Source: an uncultured Phycisphaeraceae bacterium
Lineage (GTDB): Bacteria; Planctomycetota; Phycisphaerae; UBA1845
Direction of reading: 5' to 3'
Length of the DNA: 64,000 nt
Assembly (NCBI GenBank): GCA_964424105.1
Contig: CAYRHJ010000030.1
Span: 54,227-118,226, forward strand
The notes beneath the pieces were generated by a model. That model searched no databases, was not told the DNA's origin, and worked only from the letters and a program-made list of their open reading frames with translations. The position numbers and the translations under genes are program-made. How positions within the stretch are numbered: position 1 is the stretch's first letter; every line of letters starts with the position of its first letter. Of this stretch, positions 54,299 to 63,952 are shown in pieces.

Positions 54299-56161
54299 AT
54301 GACAATATCGTACAGGCCTGCCTTGACAATCGCACGGTGGACGTGTGTGGTGTGCGGCATGCGGTCCGGGCTAATCACGGTTGTGACCATCGCGATCCTA
54401 GCGCCGATTGCCGGCGGATGTCGGCAGCAGTGGTTCATCGACTCCGCGGACCGGGAAGTCGCCACCCTGATCGCCACCCGACAGAATGCGGCCATAGGCT
54501 TCACGACGGGCGCCCACATCGGCAATGAAGACGGCAACATCGGGTCTGACCGCGGCATGTACCAGTTTGTGCCCTCGCCGATCGACGCCGACGTTCCACA
54601 AGAATTCAAGCAGGCTACGATCGGTTCCGATCCAGCCGACCAATCAGCGCCGACTGACGATTCCAACAGCAAGCGTCATTCCGGCGAACGCTGGAATCCA
54701 GAAATCGGCACCGCGGATTTCCAAGAACCGTTACAGGAATCCTCCGAATCCATTTCGCGGCAACCCTTCGGCCTATCGGATTGCATGGCCTACGCCATCC
54801 GCCATTCCCGCGAGTACCAGTCCGAAAAGGAAATTCTGTATCTGACCGCCCTGGATCTGACGCTCGAACGATTTCTGTGGACGCCGCGCTTCGTCGAAAG
54901 CGTGTTAAGTATCGGTTACGACAACGCAGGCCAAGCCGCCGACTGGGATCAGGCGTTTTCCGCCGTCAGCCGATTCGCTGTGGAGCAACGACTACCATTC
55001 GGCGGCGAGGTGACGGCTCGCGTCATTCATTCCCTGATACGCAGCGTGAGCGACAACGTCACCACGGGCGAATCCGGGCAGGTCATTTTGGAAACCCGAC
55101 TGCCGCTGTTGCGCGGTGCCGGCAGGGTCGCCTATGAAAGCCGCTACCAGTCCGAACGCGAACTGATTTACGCGATCCGCGCCTTTGAACGATTTCGAAG
55201 GCGATTCCTCGTCGACGTCGCCAGTGACTATTTCACCCTGCTGTCCGACAAAGCCCAGATCGATAGCGCCGAGTCGCAAGCGGAGATTCTAGCCAAGGAC
55301 TACGCCAAAGCACAGGCACTCGCCGACGCCGAGCGAACCTTGGCCATCGAGTCCGATCGTGCCCGCGTATCCTTGTTGAACGCCCAGAACGCCGCGGTCA
55401 ACGCTCGCGAGCGATACGAGACGAACTTGGACGCCTTCAAAATCCGCATCGGCATGCCCACCATCCAGCCCATCGATATCGTCGAAGAAGAGATGGACCT
55501 GCAAGATCCCGATGTCGCCGAAGGCGCCGCCATCGAGACGGCTTTGAAATATCGACTCGACCTCCTGAATACACGCGATCGCATCGACGACGCCCGGCGC
55601 GGAGTCCTCGTAGCCAAGAACAACCTCCTGCCGCAAATCGACCTGCGCGGCGGAGCGACGCTCGATACCGACCCGGAACACCTGAACACCACCGGCTTCA
55701 ACACGGATCGAACCGGCTGGTTCGCCGGCGTGGACGTGGAAATCCCCCTGAATCGGCAACTGGAGCGAAACGATTATCGGAGCAGCTTGATCCGCCTGAG
55801 ACGGACGGAACGTCAATATGACGAAGCCAAGGACACCGTTCGCCTGGAAGTGCGGCGAGCCATTCGCCGTCTCGCCCAAACCAAGGCCAGCATCGAAATT
55901 CAGGCCCAGAACATCCCCATCAACGAATTTCGAGCGGCCATGGCTCGCACCAAGTATGACCTGGGAGAGCTGAATTCGAACCGCGACGTCGTTGAAGCCG
56001 AGGATGATCTGCGATCCGCCCGAAACGATTTCGCCGAGGCCCAATCGCAATTCCGCCGGGCAGTCGTGGAATTCCTGCGCGACACCGGAACGCTGCGTGT
56101 CGAAGACAACGGCCTATGGATGCGAGATTCCGTCACTCCTCCCGCCGCCGATGACCCGTAA
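54299..56161 (+). CDS. TolC-like outer membrane efflux lipoprotein (OMF).
   Basis: Lipobox ILAPIAGGC. Two tandem TolC repeats with coiled-coil alpha-barrel segments. REP-A copy in-frame at 54674-54701 in the N-terminal linker. Confidence 0.8.
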   Translation: MTISYRPALTIARWTCVVCGMRSGLITVVTIAILAPIAGGCRQQWFIDSADREVATLIATRQNAAIGFTTGAHIGNEDGNIGSDRGMYQFVPSPIDADVPQEFKQATIGSDPADQSAPTDDSNSKRHSGERWNPEIGTADFQEPLQESSESISRQPFGLSDCMAYAIRHSREYQSEKEILYLTALDLTLERFLWTPRFVESVLSIGYDNAGQAADWDQAFSAVSRFAVEQRLPFGGEVTARVIHSLIRSVSDNVTTGESGQVILETRLPLLRGAGRVAYESRYQSERELIYAIRAFERFRRRFLVDVASDYFTLLSDKAQIDSAESQAEILAKDYAKAQALADAERTLAIESDRARVSLLNAQNAAVNARERYETNLDAFKIRIGMPTIQPIDIVEEEMDLQDPDVAEGAAIETALKYRLDLLNTRDRIDDARRGVLVAKNNLLPQIDLRGGATLDTDPEHLNTTGFNTDRTGWFAGVDVEIPLNRQLERNDYRSSLIRLRRTERQYDEAKDTVRLEVRRAIRRLAQTKASIEIQAQNIPINEFRAAMARTKYDLGELNSNRDVVEAEDDLRSARNDFAEAQSQFRRAVVEFLRDTGTLRVEDNGLWMRDSVTPPAADDP

Positions 56162-56409
56162 GACACTGAACCCCCGCTTCAAAGTCACGAACCTGACAAG
56201 TATACACGAAATCAAATGATTGATTATGATTGGTGCAGCGTGCGATTTGTCGTAGAATACTACAGTTACTCGGTTTGCGCCCCGTATCGATCGGCGATGT
56301 CCGGGCCTTCCAAACCGCGTCCGCCGAAATAGAATTAGAATTGAGTGGCTGTTTGATTCCGGCGGGCGGCGCCAATTGAAACGATCCTTCTGACATAAAG
56401 GTCAACATC

Positions 56410-58059
56410 ATGTCGACGACGTCGCTGGCACAGGCCACAGTAGCCTTGAAGCAAGAACCCCATCCGCCTTCCCGAACGACCCATCCGCAGGTGCGTCGGC
56501 GGTCGCGCTGGTGGTTGGTCTTCTTGATCGTCGTCGGACTCCCCACCGGCTGGTTGGTGCTTGGCGCCCTGCCCCGCACACCCACCGAAGTCGCCAGCGC
56601 TCATCTACTCGGTCGTAGATCGTTTCCCGTCGTCATCGAAGCCAAGGGCGAGTTGAAAGCAAAGAATTCCATCGACATCAAGAGTAAGGTCGAAGGTCGA
56701 AGCACCATCATCTGGGTCATCGAGGAAGGGACCACGGTGGCTGAGGGTGAACTATTGGTCCGTTTGGCCAGTGACGAAATCGAGGACAAGATTCGGCAGG
56801 AAGAAGCCTCCGAAGCCAGCGCCATCGCCGCATTGGAAGCAGCCGTCAAAGACCTGGAAATCCTCATCGATCAAAATAAAGCCGACATCCGCAAAGCGGA
56901 ATGGGCGCTCGAAGCGGCGCAGATCGATAGCAAGAAATACACGGAGGGCGACGCCAAGAAGGCCCAGATGGACGCCGAACTGGAAATCGAACGCACCCAG
57001 CAGATGTACGAGCGTGCCAAGCTCGATTTCGACGCCGCGAAACAGCTCAAAGAACAGAACTTTATCACCACCAGCGAACTGCTCCGCGATGAGTTTGAAC
57101 TGAAAGAAGCCATCCGCTCCCTCGAAAAGGCCAAGCTCAGCATGGAGATTCTCGAAAAATACACCTATCCCAAGGACATGCGGCAGCGAGAATCCGACGT
57201 CCAAGAGGCCACGAAAGACCTGGAACGCGTCAGGAAAAGTGCCCTGGCCAAGGAAGCTCAGAAACACGCTGACGTCGAAGCCAAGAAAGCCAATCTGCTC
57301 AACATTCAGACCAATCTCAAAAAACTGCGAGAGCAGAATGAGTTTTGCGAAATCAAGGCGCCCTCGCCAGGGTTGGTCGTGTTTGACACCGGGCACCGAT
57401 GGGACCCCCGCAAGATCACCGAGGGCAGCGAAGTCTTCGAGCGACAGACCATTGTCACCCTCCCCGACCCTTCCGTCATGATCGTCAGCGTCCGCATCCA
57501 CGAAGCCAAGACCAATCAGATCGAACTGGGTCAACAAGTGAACGTGGACATCGAAGGGGTTCCAGGCCGAAAATTCACCGGGAAAGTCAGCAAGATCGCA
57601 CCGCTGGCGGATTCACGCAATCAATGGCTCAACCCCGACCTGAAGGAATACGAAACCGAAATCACGCTCGACCAATCCGAAGAAAGTCTCAAGCCCGGTA
57701 TGACCGCCCGAGCCGAAATCATCGTGGCCGAGCTGACCGACGTCCCCGCCCTCCCGCTCCAATCCGTCTACAGCAAAGCCGGAAAACAATACGTCTTCCA
57801 TCCCGACGGCAAGGGGGGTGAGCCGGTCGAAGTCCAGCTTGGGCAATCCGGAAATGAATTCGTCGAGGTCCTCTCTGGAATCAGTGTCGGGCAAAAGGTA
57901 CTGTTGGCCATTAGCGACGAAGCCAAGCGACGACTGCCCGATACAAAACCGGGCGAAGCGAATGCAGCCGATGTAAGTAGCGGCAGACCGAAAGCGCAGA
58001 CATCAAGCGGCGGCAGCCGTGGTTCCCGCCCGGGAGGTCGCTCGCAGCGACGAGGTTAG
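56410..58059 (+). CDS. HlyD/MacA-family membrane fusion protein (periplasmic adaptor).
   Basis: N-terminal TM helix, long coiled-coil hairpin, lipoyl and beta-barrel motifs (VKSKVEGRSTIIWVIEEG, GKVSKIAPLAD). Confidence 0.85.
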   Translation: MSTTSLAQATVALKQEPHPPSRTTHPQVRRRSRWWLVFLIVVGLPTGWLVLGALPRTPTEVASAHLLGRRSFPVVIEAKGELKAKNSIDIKSKVEGRSTIIWVIEEGTTVAEGELLVRLASDEIEDKIRQEEASEASAIAALEAAVKDLEILIDQNKADIRKAEWALEAAQIDSKKYTEGDAKKAQMDAELEIERTQQMYERAKLDFDAAKQLKEQNFITTSELLRDEFELKEAIRSLEKAKLSMEILEKYTYPKDMRQRESDVQEATKDLERVRKSALAKEAQKHADVEAKKANLLNIQTNLKKLREQNEFCEIKAPSPGLVVFDTGHRWDPRKITEGSEVFERQTIVTLPDPSVMIVSVRIHEAKTNQIELGQQVNVDIEGVPGRKFTGKVSKIAPLADSRNQWLNPDLKEYETEITLDQSEESLKPGMTARAEIIVAELTDVPALPLQSVYSKAGKQYVFHPDGKGGEPVEVQLGQSGNEFVEVLSGISVGQKVLLAISDEAKRRLPDTKPGEANAADVSSGRPKAQTSSGGSRGSRPGGRSQRRG

Positions 58060-58187
58060 CAGCCCAAGCTACGTTGGGGTGCTCGCGACTCCTTTTACCG
58101 AGCCGCGACCGTCGGCCTGCGCGTGTGCGCACGTAGACAGGTCACGAAGTGGCCTTTGGCGGACCCTGACCCGGTCTTGTCCTTGTT

Positions 58188-58925
58188 ATGACCAATCTCA
58201 CCGCCTTCGTCGAAGACCTCACCAAGACCTACGCCATCCCCGGGACCGGCGTAGCCGTGGATGCACTGCGGGGAATTTCGCTCGACTTCGTCGAGGGCGA
58301 GTCCGTGGCCATCTGCGGCGCCAGCGGCTCCGGTAAAAGCACGTTGATGAATCTCCTGGGATGTCTCGATCGACCGACCAGTGGTCGATATTGCCTGGGC
58401 GGCGAAGACGTTTCCCAATTGGACGACGACGAGCTTTCCGACCTGCGCGGACGGCGCCTGGGATTCATCTTTCAGAATTTCAATCTGATCCCCCAGATGA
58501 CCGTGCAGGAGAATGTCGAGGTCCCCTTGTTCTATCAAGGCGTCCCCGTCCAGCAACGCCGCGACCGCGCCTTACGATTCATCGAACTCGTCGGTCTCGC
58601 CGATCGGGCCCATCATCGCCCCATGGAACTCTCCGGCGGACAGCAGCAACGCGTCGCCATCGCCCGGGCCCTGGTCAACGACCCCGTCCTCATCATGGCC
58701 GACGAACCCACCGGCAACTTGGATTCCGCAACCGGCGAGATGATCCTTTCCGTCTTCGATCGGCTCCATGATGAAGGGCGAACCATCATGTGCGTGACCC
58801 ACGACAACAACGTCGCCCAGCGCTGCGACCGCATCGTCATCCTCCGCGACGGCCTCGTCGTGTCGGATGAACGCACGCCCCGCGGCAACAGCCGACCCCT
58901 TCGCGGCTCAATGAAAGTCTCGTGA
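58188..58925 (+). CDS. MacB/LolD-type ABC transporter ATP-binding protein with no fused FtsX permease.
   Basis: Walker A GASGSGKST, Q-loop, signature LSGGQQQRVAIARAL, Walker B IMADEPTGNLD. Only 245 aa. Confidence 0.9.
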   Translation: MTNLTAFVEDLTKTYAIPGTGVAVDALRGISLDFVEGESVAICGASGSGKSTLMNLLGCLDRPTSGRYCLGGEDVSQLDDDELSDLRGRRLGFIFQNFNLIPQMTVQENVEVPLFYQGVPVQQRRDRALRFIELVGLADRAHHRPMELSGGQQQRVAIARALVNDPVLIMADEPTGNLDSATGEMILSVFDRLHDEGRTIMCVTHDNNVAQRCDRIVILRDGLVVSDERTPRGNSRPLRGSMKVS

Positions 58926-61900
58926 TCGCGAGCGGATCCGCGTCACCCCATCAGACAACGCCCGCAAATGCGACACCTGAACGTGAATCACCTCGCCCTG
59001 TCGTTCGATCCGCCCATCCGCCAATAACGCCGCCGACCCCCGCGCCGCCCCGCGACATTGCTCATACACGCGCGGGCCAACGATCAAGTTCACCACTCCC
59101 GTTTCATCCTCCAACGTGAAAAACACGATCCCCCCTGCCGTGCCCGGACGCTGCCTCACCAGCACCAAACCAGCCACCCGCACCGCCTCACCCTGTTTCA
59201 TCTGCTTCAACTTCGACGCCCTCGCCACGTTCACGCGATCCAAACCATCGCGAATCAATCCGATCGGATGGGCCTCCAACGATAGCCCCACCGACCCGTA
59301 ATCCGCGATCACCTCCTCCTCCACCGTCGCCCTCTTAACAGAGCCGCCACCGTCAGCGAGCGGTCTTTCAACCACTTCCAATCCCGAAAACAACGGCAGA
59401 TCATCATCCCCCAACGCCAACGTCTGCCAAACCGCCTCCCGCCGATGCAACCCCATCGACCGAAACGCGTCCCCAGCCGCCAGACGCGCCAGCACCCCAC
59501 GCCCAACCCCCGACCGCCCAGCCAACTCCGCCACGCTCCTGAAAGGCCCATCCCGACGAGCCGCCTCGATGCCTGATACGCGTTCCCGCGAAAGCCCCTT
59601 AATCAACCGCATCCCCAATCGCAACGCAGGCCCATCCTTCCCCCACCCCCGCCACTCCTCCTCATGCTCCGCAACCGCCGCCCTTCCCTCCCCTTCCCTT
59701 CCTTGATCCCCGCCACCCACCATTCCGCCGCACGCCGGACTCCAGTCATGCCCGCCGCCCGTCATTCCCGCCCCGTCCGCGCCTTCATGCCCCCGAACTC
59801 CGTCATTCCGGCGCAAGCCGGAATCCAGGGCTTCATGACAAATCCTCGTACAACGCCCGCCACCCGTCATTCCGCCGCACGCCGGACTCCACGACCCCTC
59901 CTCCAACCCACAATCATACCCACTCCAATTCACATCCACCCGCCGCACCTCCACCCCGTGTTCAATCGCATCTCGAACCAACTGCGCCGGCGCATAAAAC
60001 CCCATCGGCTGACTGTTCAAAAGCGAACACGCAAACGCCGCCGGGTGATACCGCTTCAACCAGGCCGACGCGTACACCAGCAACGCAAACGACGCCGCGT
60101 GACTTTCCGGAAACCCATACTCGCCAAACCCGCAAATCTGCTCGAAACAGCGCTCCGCAAATTCCCGCGTCAGCCCGTTGCTCAACATCCCCGCAATCAG
60201 CTTCTCCCGAAAAATTTCAATCTGCCCGCTCCGCCGCCAAGCACCCATCGCCCGACGCAGACGATCTGCCTCGCCCGGCGTAAACCCACCCGCCACGATC
60301 GCCAGTCGCATAGCCTGCTCCTGAAACAGCGGCACACCCAGCGTCTTCCTCAACACCCCTCCAACAGCCTCGCTCGGAAAAATCACCGCCTCCTCTCCCC
60401 GCCGACGACGCAAATACGGATGCACCATCCCCCCTTGAATAGGCCCCGGTCGAACGATCGCCACCTCAATCACCAGGTCATAAAAACACCGTGGCCGAAG
60501 CCTCGGCAGCATGCTCATCTGCGCACGACTTTCGATCTGAAAAACACCCACCGTGTCCGCACGGCAGATCATGTCATACACCGCCGAGTCCTCCGCCGGC
60601 ACGTCCGCCAGACTGACCGGTAGTCCCTTCCGCAGTGCCGTCAACATGCCCAACGCCAGACAGTCCACCTTCAATATCCCTAGCGCATCAATATCATTCT
60701 TGTCCCATTCAATGAAAGTCCGATCCGCCATCGCACCGTTTTCCAGCGGAACCATTTCGCACAATGGATGGCGAGTAATCACAAACCCACCCACGTGCTG
60801 CGACAAATGACGCGGAAAACCCAGAATCTCCTTAACCAATACGACCAACTGCCGAACGGTGCGGTCGTTCACGTCCAGCCCGCACTCCAACAGACACGCC
60901 TCCGGCAATGCACTGTCCGACCACCAGTCCAACTTCTTCGCCAACAAATCCATACGATCCAATGACAGTCCCAACGCCTTACCCACGTCGCGAACCGCAG
61001 ACCGAGGCCGATACGTGATGACCTCCGCAGTGATTCCCGCATGCTCCCGGCCATACTTGTCGTAAATGTATTGAAATACCTCTTCGCGGCGTTCGTGCTC
61101 GAAATCAATGTCGATGTCCGGCGGCTCATTACGCTCTCGACTGACGAACCGCTCGAACAGTACGTCAATGCGCTCCGGATCAACGTTCGTCACACCCAGC
61201 ACGTAACACACCGCCGAATTGGCTGCACTGCCTCGACCCTGACACAAAATCCCCTGCGCCCGCGCGAACTGCACCAGATCCCACACCGTCAGAAAATACG
61301 GCTCATAGTGCAATTCCTCAATAAGTTGCAGTTCGTGCTCCAACAGCCGGCGCGTCTTCTCTGTCATGCCGTCGGGAAACCGCCCGCCCGCACTGCGCCA
61401 TACCAGTTCCGTCAGATACGCCATCGCCGTCATGCCCGGCGGGCACAGTTCCTCGGGATATTCATAGCACAGTTGCCCCAGATCGAACGTACATCGATCA
61501 GCTATTTCCGATGTGCAAACGATGGCCCTCGAATAATCCGCAAACAGTCGTGCCATTTGCTCCCCTGACTTCAGATACCGTTCGCCATTGTTAAACAGTC
61601 GGCTCCCAGCATCTGCCAACGTGCAGTGCTCACGAATGCACGTCAGTACGTCTTGAAGAAACCGCCGCTCCGAAATGTGGTAGTGAACGTCATTCGCCGC
61701 CACCATCGGCATTCCCGTCCGCCGACACAAACCGGCCACCCACGCCAAATGCTCCCGGTCATCAACACCCGCACACACCTCCGCCGCCACGTACAACCGA
61801 TCACCAAACACCTCCCCATACCGCCTGACCCATCTCTCTTCCCCTCCGTCCCCGCAGCCTTTCCTTACCAACGCCACCCCCATCAACCCTTCCGACAATT

Positions 61901-62432
61901 CCGCCACGTCCTCAAAATAGATCGCACATTCCCCCTTCGGCCTGCGCAACCGACCCCGACTGATCAGTCGCGAAAGTCGTCCATACCCCGCACGGTTCAT
62001 GGCGTATAGCAGGATGGGCGGCGCGTCTTCAGGCTCAATCTCCGCGCCGACCAGCAGCTTCAGTCCCGCCTGCTTGGCCGCGCAGTGCATGCGGACCGCG
62101 CCCGCCAACGTATTGCGATCCGTGATGGCGATGGCCCGGTATCCCAGTTCCGCCGCCCGCTCGACAAGTTCATCCGGATGCGATGCACCCTCCAGAAATG
62201 AAAAATTGGATTTGCAATGCAGCTCGACGTATCCCCTTCCCCATCCGTCGTCCCTTTTGACCGCTCCCCTCTCGCTCGCCCCCAGTGGCCTCCCTTCATT
62301 CTCCCCGTCTATCTGCCTCCCCGTCGGCGCGCCTTTGTTCTTCAACTCCCCATACCGCGACTGATACACTCCGCCCGCTATGGGCCTCTCCCATGGATGC
62401 TTTCGTCGACCAGGATTCGGCTGCTCCGGCAC
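58908..62432 (-). CDS. dnaE2: Error-prone DNA polymerase DnaE2 (ImuC) carrying in-frame repeat-derived insertions.
   Basis: PHP domain start YVELHCKSNFSFLEGAS and Pol III alpha core motifs. It lies downstream of imuB. REP-B at 59335-59365 and REP-A cluster at 59716-59893 are inside the ORF. Confidence 0.9.
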   Translation of the reverse strand: MPEQPNPGRRKHPWERPIAGGVYQSRYGELKNKGAPTGRQIDGENEGRPLGASERGAVKRDDGWGRGYVELHCKSNFSFLEGASHPDELVERAAELGYRAIAITDRNTLAGAVRMHCAAKQAGLKLLVGAEIEPEDAPPILLYAMNRAGYGRLSRLISRGRLRRPKGECAIYFEDVAELSEGLMGVALVRKGCGDGGEERWVRRYGEVFGDRLYVAAEVCAGVDDREHLAWVAGLCRRTGMPMVAANDVHYHISERRFLQDVLTCIREHCTLADAGSRLFNNGERYLKSGEQMARLFADYSRAIVCTSEIADRCTFDLGQLCYEYPEELCPPGMTAMAYLTELVWRSAGGRFPDGMTEKTRRLLEHELQLIEELHYEPYFLTVWDLVQFARAQGILCQGRGSAANSAVCYVLGVTNVDPERIDVLFERFVSRERNEPPDIDIDFEHERREEVFQYIYDKYGREHAGITAEVITYRPRSAVRDVGKALGLSLDRMDLLAKKLDWWSDSALPEACLLECGLDVNDRTVRQLVVLVKEILGFPRHLSQHVGGFVITRHPLCEMVPLENGAMADRTFIEWDKNDIDALGILKVDCLALGMLTALRKGLPVSLADVPAEDSAVYDMICRADTVGVFQIESRAQMSMLPRLRPRCFYDLVIEVAIVRPGPIQGGMVHPYLRRRRGEEAVIFPSEAVGGVLRKTLGVPLFQEQAMRLAIVAGGFTPGEADRLRRAMGAWRRSGQIEIFREKLIAGMLSNGLTREFAERCFEQICGFGEYGFPESHAASFALLVYASAWLKRYHPAAFACSLLNSQPMGFYAPAQLVRDAIEHGVEVRRVDVNWSGYDCGLEEGSWSPACGGMTGGGRCTRICHEALDSGLRRNDGVRGHEGADGAGMTGGGHDWSPACGGMVGGGDQGREGEGRAAVAEHEEEWRGWGKDGPALRLGMRLIKGLSRERVSGIEAARRDGPFRSVAELAGRSGVGRGVLARLAAGDAFRSMGLHRREAVWQTLALGDDDLPLFSGLEVVERPLADGGGSVKRATVEEEVIADYGSVGLSLEAHPIGLIRDGLDRVNVARASKLKQMKQGEAVRVAGLVLVRQRPGTAGGIVFFTLEDETGVVNLIVGPRVYEQCRGAARGSAALLADGRIERQGEVIHVQVSHLRALSDGVTRIRSRSRDFH

Positions 62433-62446
62433 AACACACCACGCTA

Positions 62447-63952
62447 TCAGTCAAACAGCCCGTGCACATACCACTTCCATGACCGGCGATCGCGAAACAG
62501 CCAAAACCCCTGCCCCGTCGTGCTGACCACCCGAAAATAGTCCCGCCGCACATCAGGTCCTCGCCACCAACCCGTTTCCAGACGCTCAGGCCCCACCGCA
62601 TCAGCGATCACATGTTCCGCCCGCTGCCATCGAAACAACACCGGCGGTCCCTCCGGTACCACCGCGACCACCGCCACCTCCACCGGCTTCGCCAAAACAC
62701 GCAATGGCCTCCTCCACCCTGCGGATCCTTCCTTTCCTTCATGCCTGTCGCCCGTCATTCCGGCGCGGGCCGGAATCCAGGCCCCCTCCTCCTTCCGTTC
62801 CTTCAACCCCTTCTGTTTCCGTCCCTCCCTTCTCCCTGCCTGTTCGTAATCCTCAACCCACCGCACGTACTCATACGCACACTCCGGTTGATAATCATCT
62901 ACCATCACCACCCCAGACACCGACGACCAACCCAAACGCGCCGAAAGCCGATCCGTCAGGTCAGCCAACGCTTCGCCCTCTTCGACAACCGAATCAAACA
63001 AATCACCCTGCGAGTCATCCAGCGGTTCAACGTGCCCCGCACGAACAGCCACGCCCCACACCTCCGCCGGCAAACAAACCTGCTCCAGTCGCGTCATCAC
63101 CAGACGTTTCAAACGCTCGAACAAGCGCGTCGGATGCGAAACGCCCAACTCCACCGCCGTGGGGCGACACTCCTCGTGATAAAAAATCACCTCCAACCGA
63201 TTCACGCCCACCACCTTTTGCGATAGCCGTTCGCAAAACTCTCCCAACACACGCTCCACCGCACTTTCAATGATGTCCTGCCGATCGGTGCCCGCCCCGA
63301 ACGGCAAATCGCAACACACCACCGGCGGAACACGAAACGGCACCAGCGGCTCGGGCACGTTCCCAAACGCCTGATTCAACCGATGCAGCAACGATTCACC
63401 GAAACGAGTTCTCAACGACGCCCGCGGCAGATACATCAGCGCCTCGACCGTCTCCACCCCAACAGCCCGCAGCGCCTCCACGCAGCGTCCATCCACACGC
63501 AGGGCACCGACCGACAAACACCGTAGATGCTCCACGTCGTGGCCCGGAACCGTGACCACCGCCGCATGCTCGTGCGCATGCCCGATTGCCCACGCTGATC
63601 CCGGCGTGTCAGCCACCGCGCCTCGCGCGGAAAAACCCCGTTCACGCAAACCAGCCAACGCCAGCGACAGCAGACGCCGTTCACCACGGAACAGGCGCTC
63701 GCAACCGCTCACATCCAACAACAGCGTGTCCCTGCCTTCGATATGGACGATGGGCGCAAACGCCTGGGCCCCATCGGCCAGCGCTTCCATCGTCCGACGG
63801 TCAGCCTGCAAGTTCTCCGCGACAAAATGCAGATCGGGCAACAGCGCCCGCGCTTCCGCCGCCGTCATCCCCTGCCGGACTCCGCCCGCTTGCGCCGGAC
63901 CGTCGCACAGCACGACCCGCGACACGCCGCCCTGACGGCGTATCACCGCCAC
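62447..63952 (-). CDS. imuB: ImuB, a Y-family polymerase-like protein of the mutagenesis cassette.
   Basis: GTG start. The N-terminus VLCDGPAQAGGVRQGMTAAEARALLP matches ImuB/DinB-like. It is upstream of dnaE2 and has a REP-A copy in-frame at 62753-62780. Confidence 0.8.
   Translation of the reverse strand: MAVIRRQGGVSRVVLCDGPAQAGGVRQGMTAAEARALLPDLHFVAENLQADRRTMEALADGAQAFAPIVHIEGRDTLLLDVSGCERLFRGERRLLSLALAGLRERGFSARGAVADTPGSAWAIGHAHEHAAVVTVPGHDVEHLRCLSVGALRVDGRCVEALRAVGVETVEALMYLPRASLRTRFGESLLHRLNQAFGNVPEPLVPFRVPPVVCCDLPFGAGTDRQDIIESAVERVLGEFCERLSQKVVGVNRLEVIFYHEECRPTAVELGVSHPTRLFERLKRLVMTRLEQVCLPAEVWGVAVRAGHVEPLDDSQGDLFDSVVEEGEALADLTDRLSARLGWSSVSGVVMVDDYQPECAYEYVRWVEDYEQAGRREGRKQKGLKERKEEGAWIPARAGMTGDRHEGKEGSAGWRRPLRVLAKPVEVAVVAVVPEGPPVLFRWQRAEHVIADAVGPERLETGWWRGPDVRRDYFRVVSTTGQGFWLFRDRRSWKWYVHGLFD

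Noticed and set aside
59664-60623. 319-aa + strand ORF and others between 59058 and 62540.
   Set aside because: Antisense to dnaE2; Pro/Arg/His-rich low complexity.
62612-63273. 204- and 189-aa + strand ORFs.
   Set aside because: Antisense to imuB.
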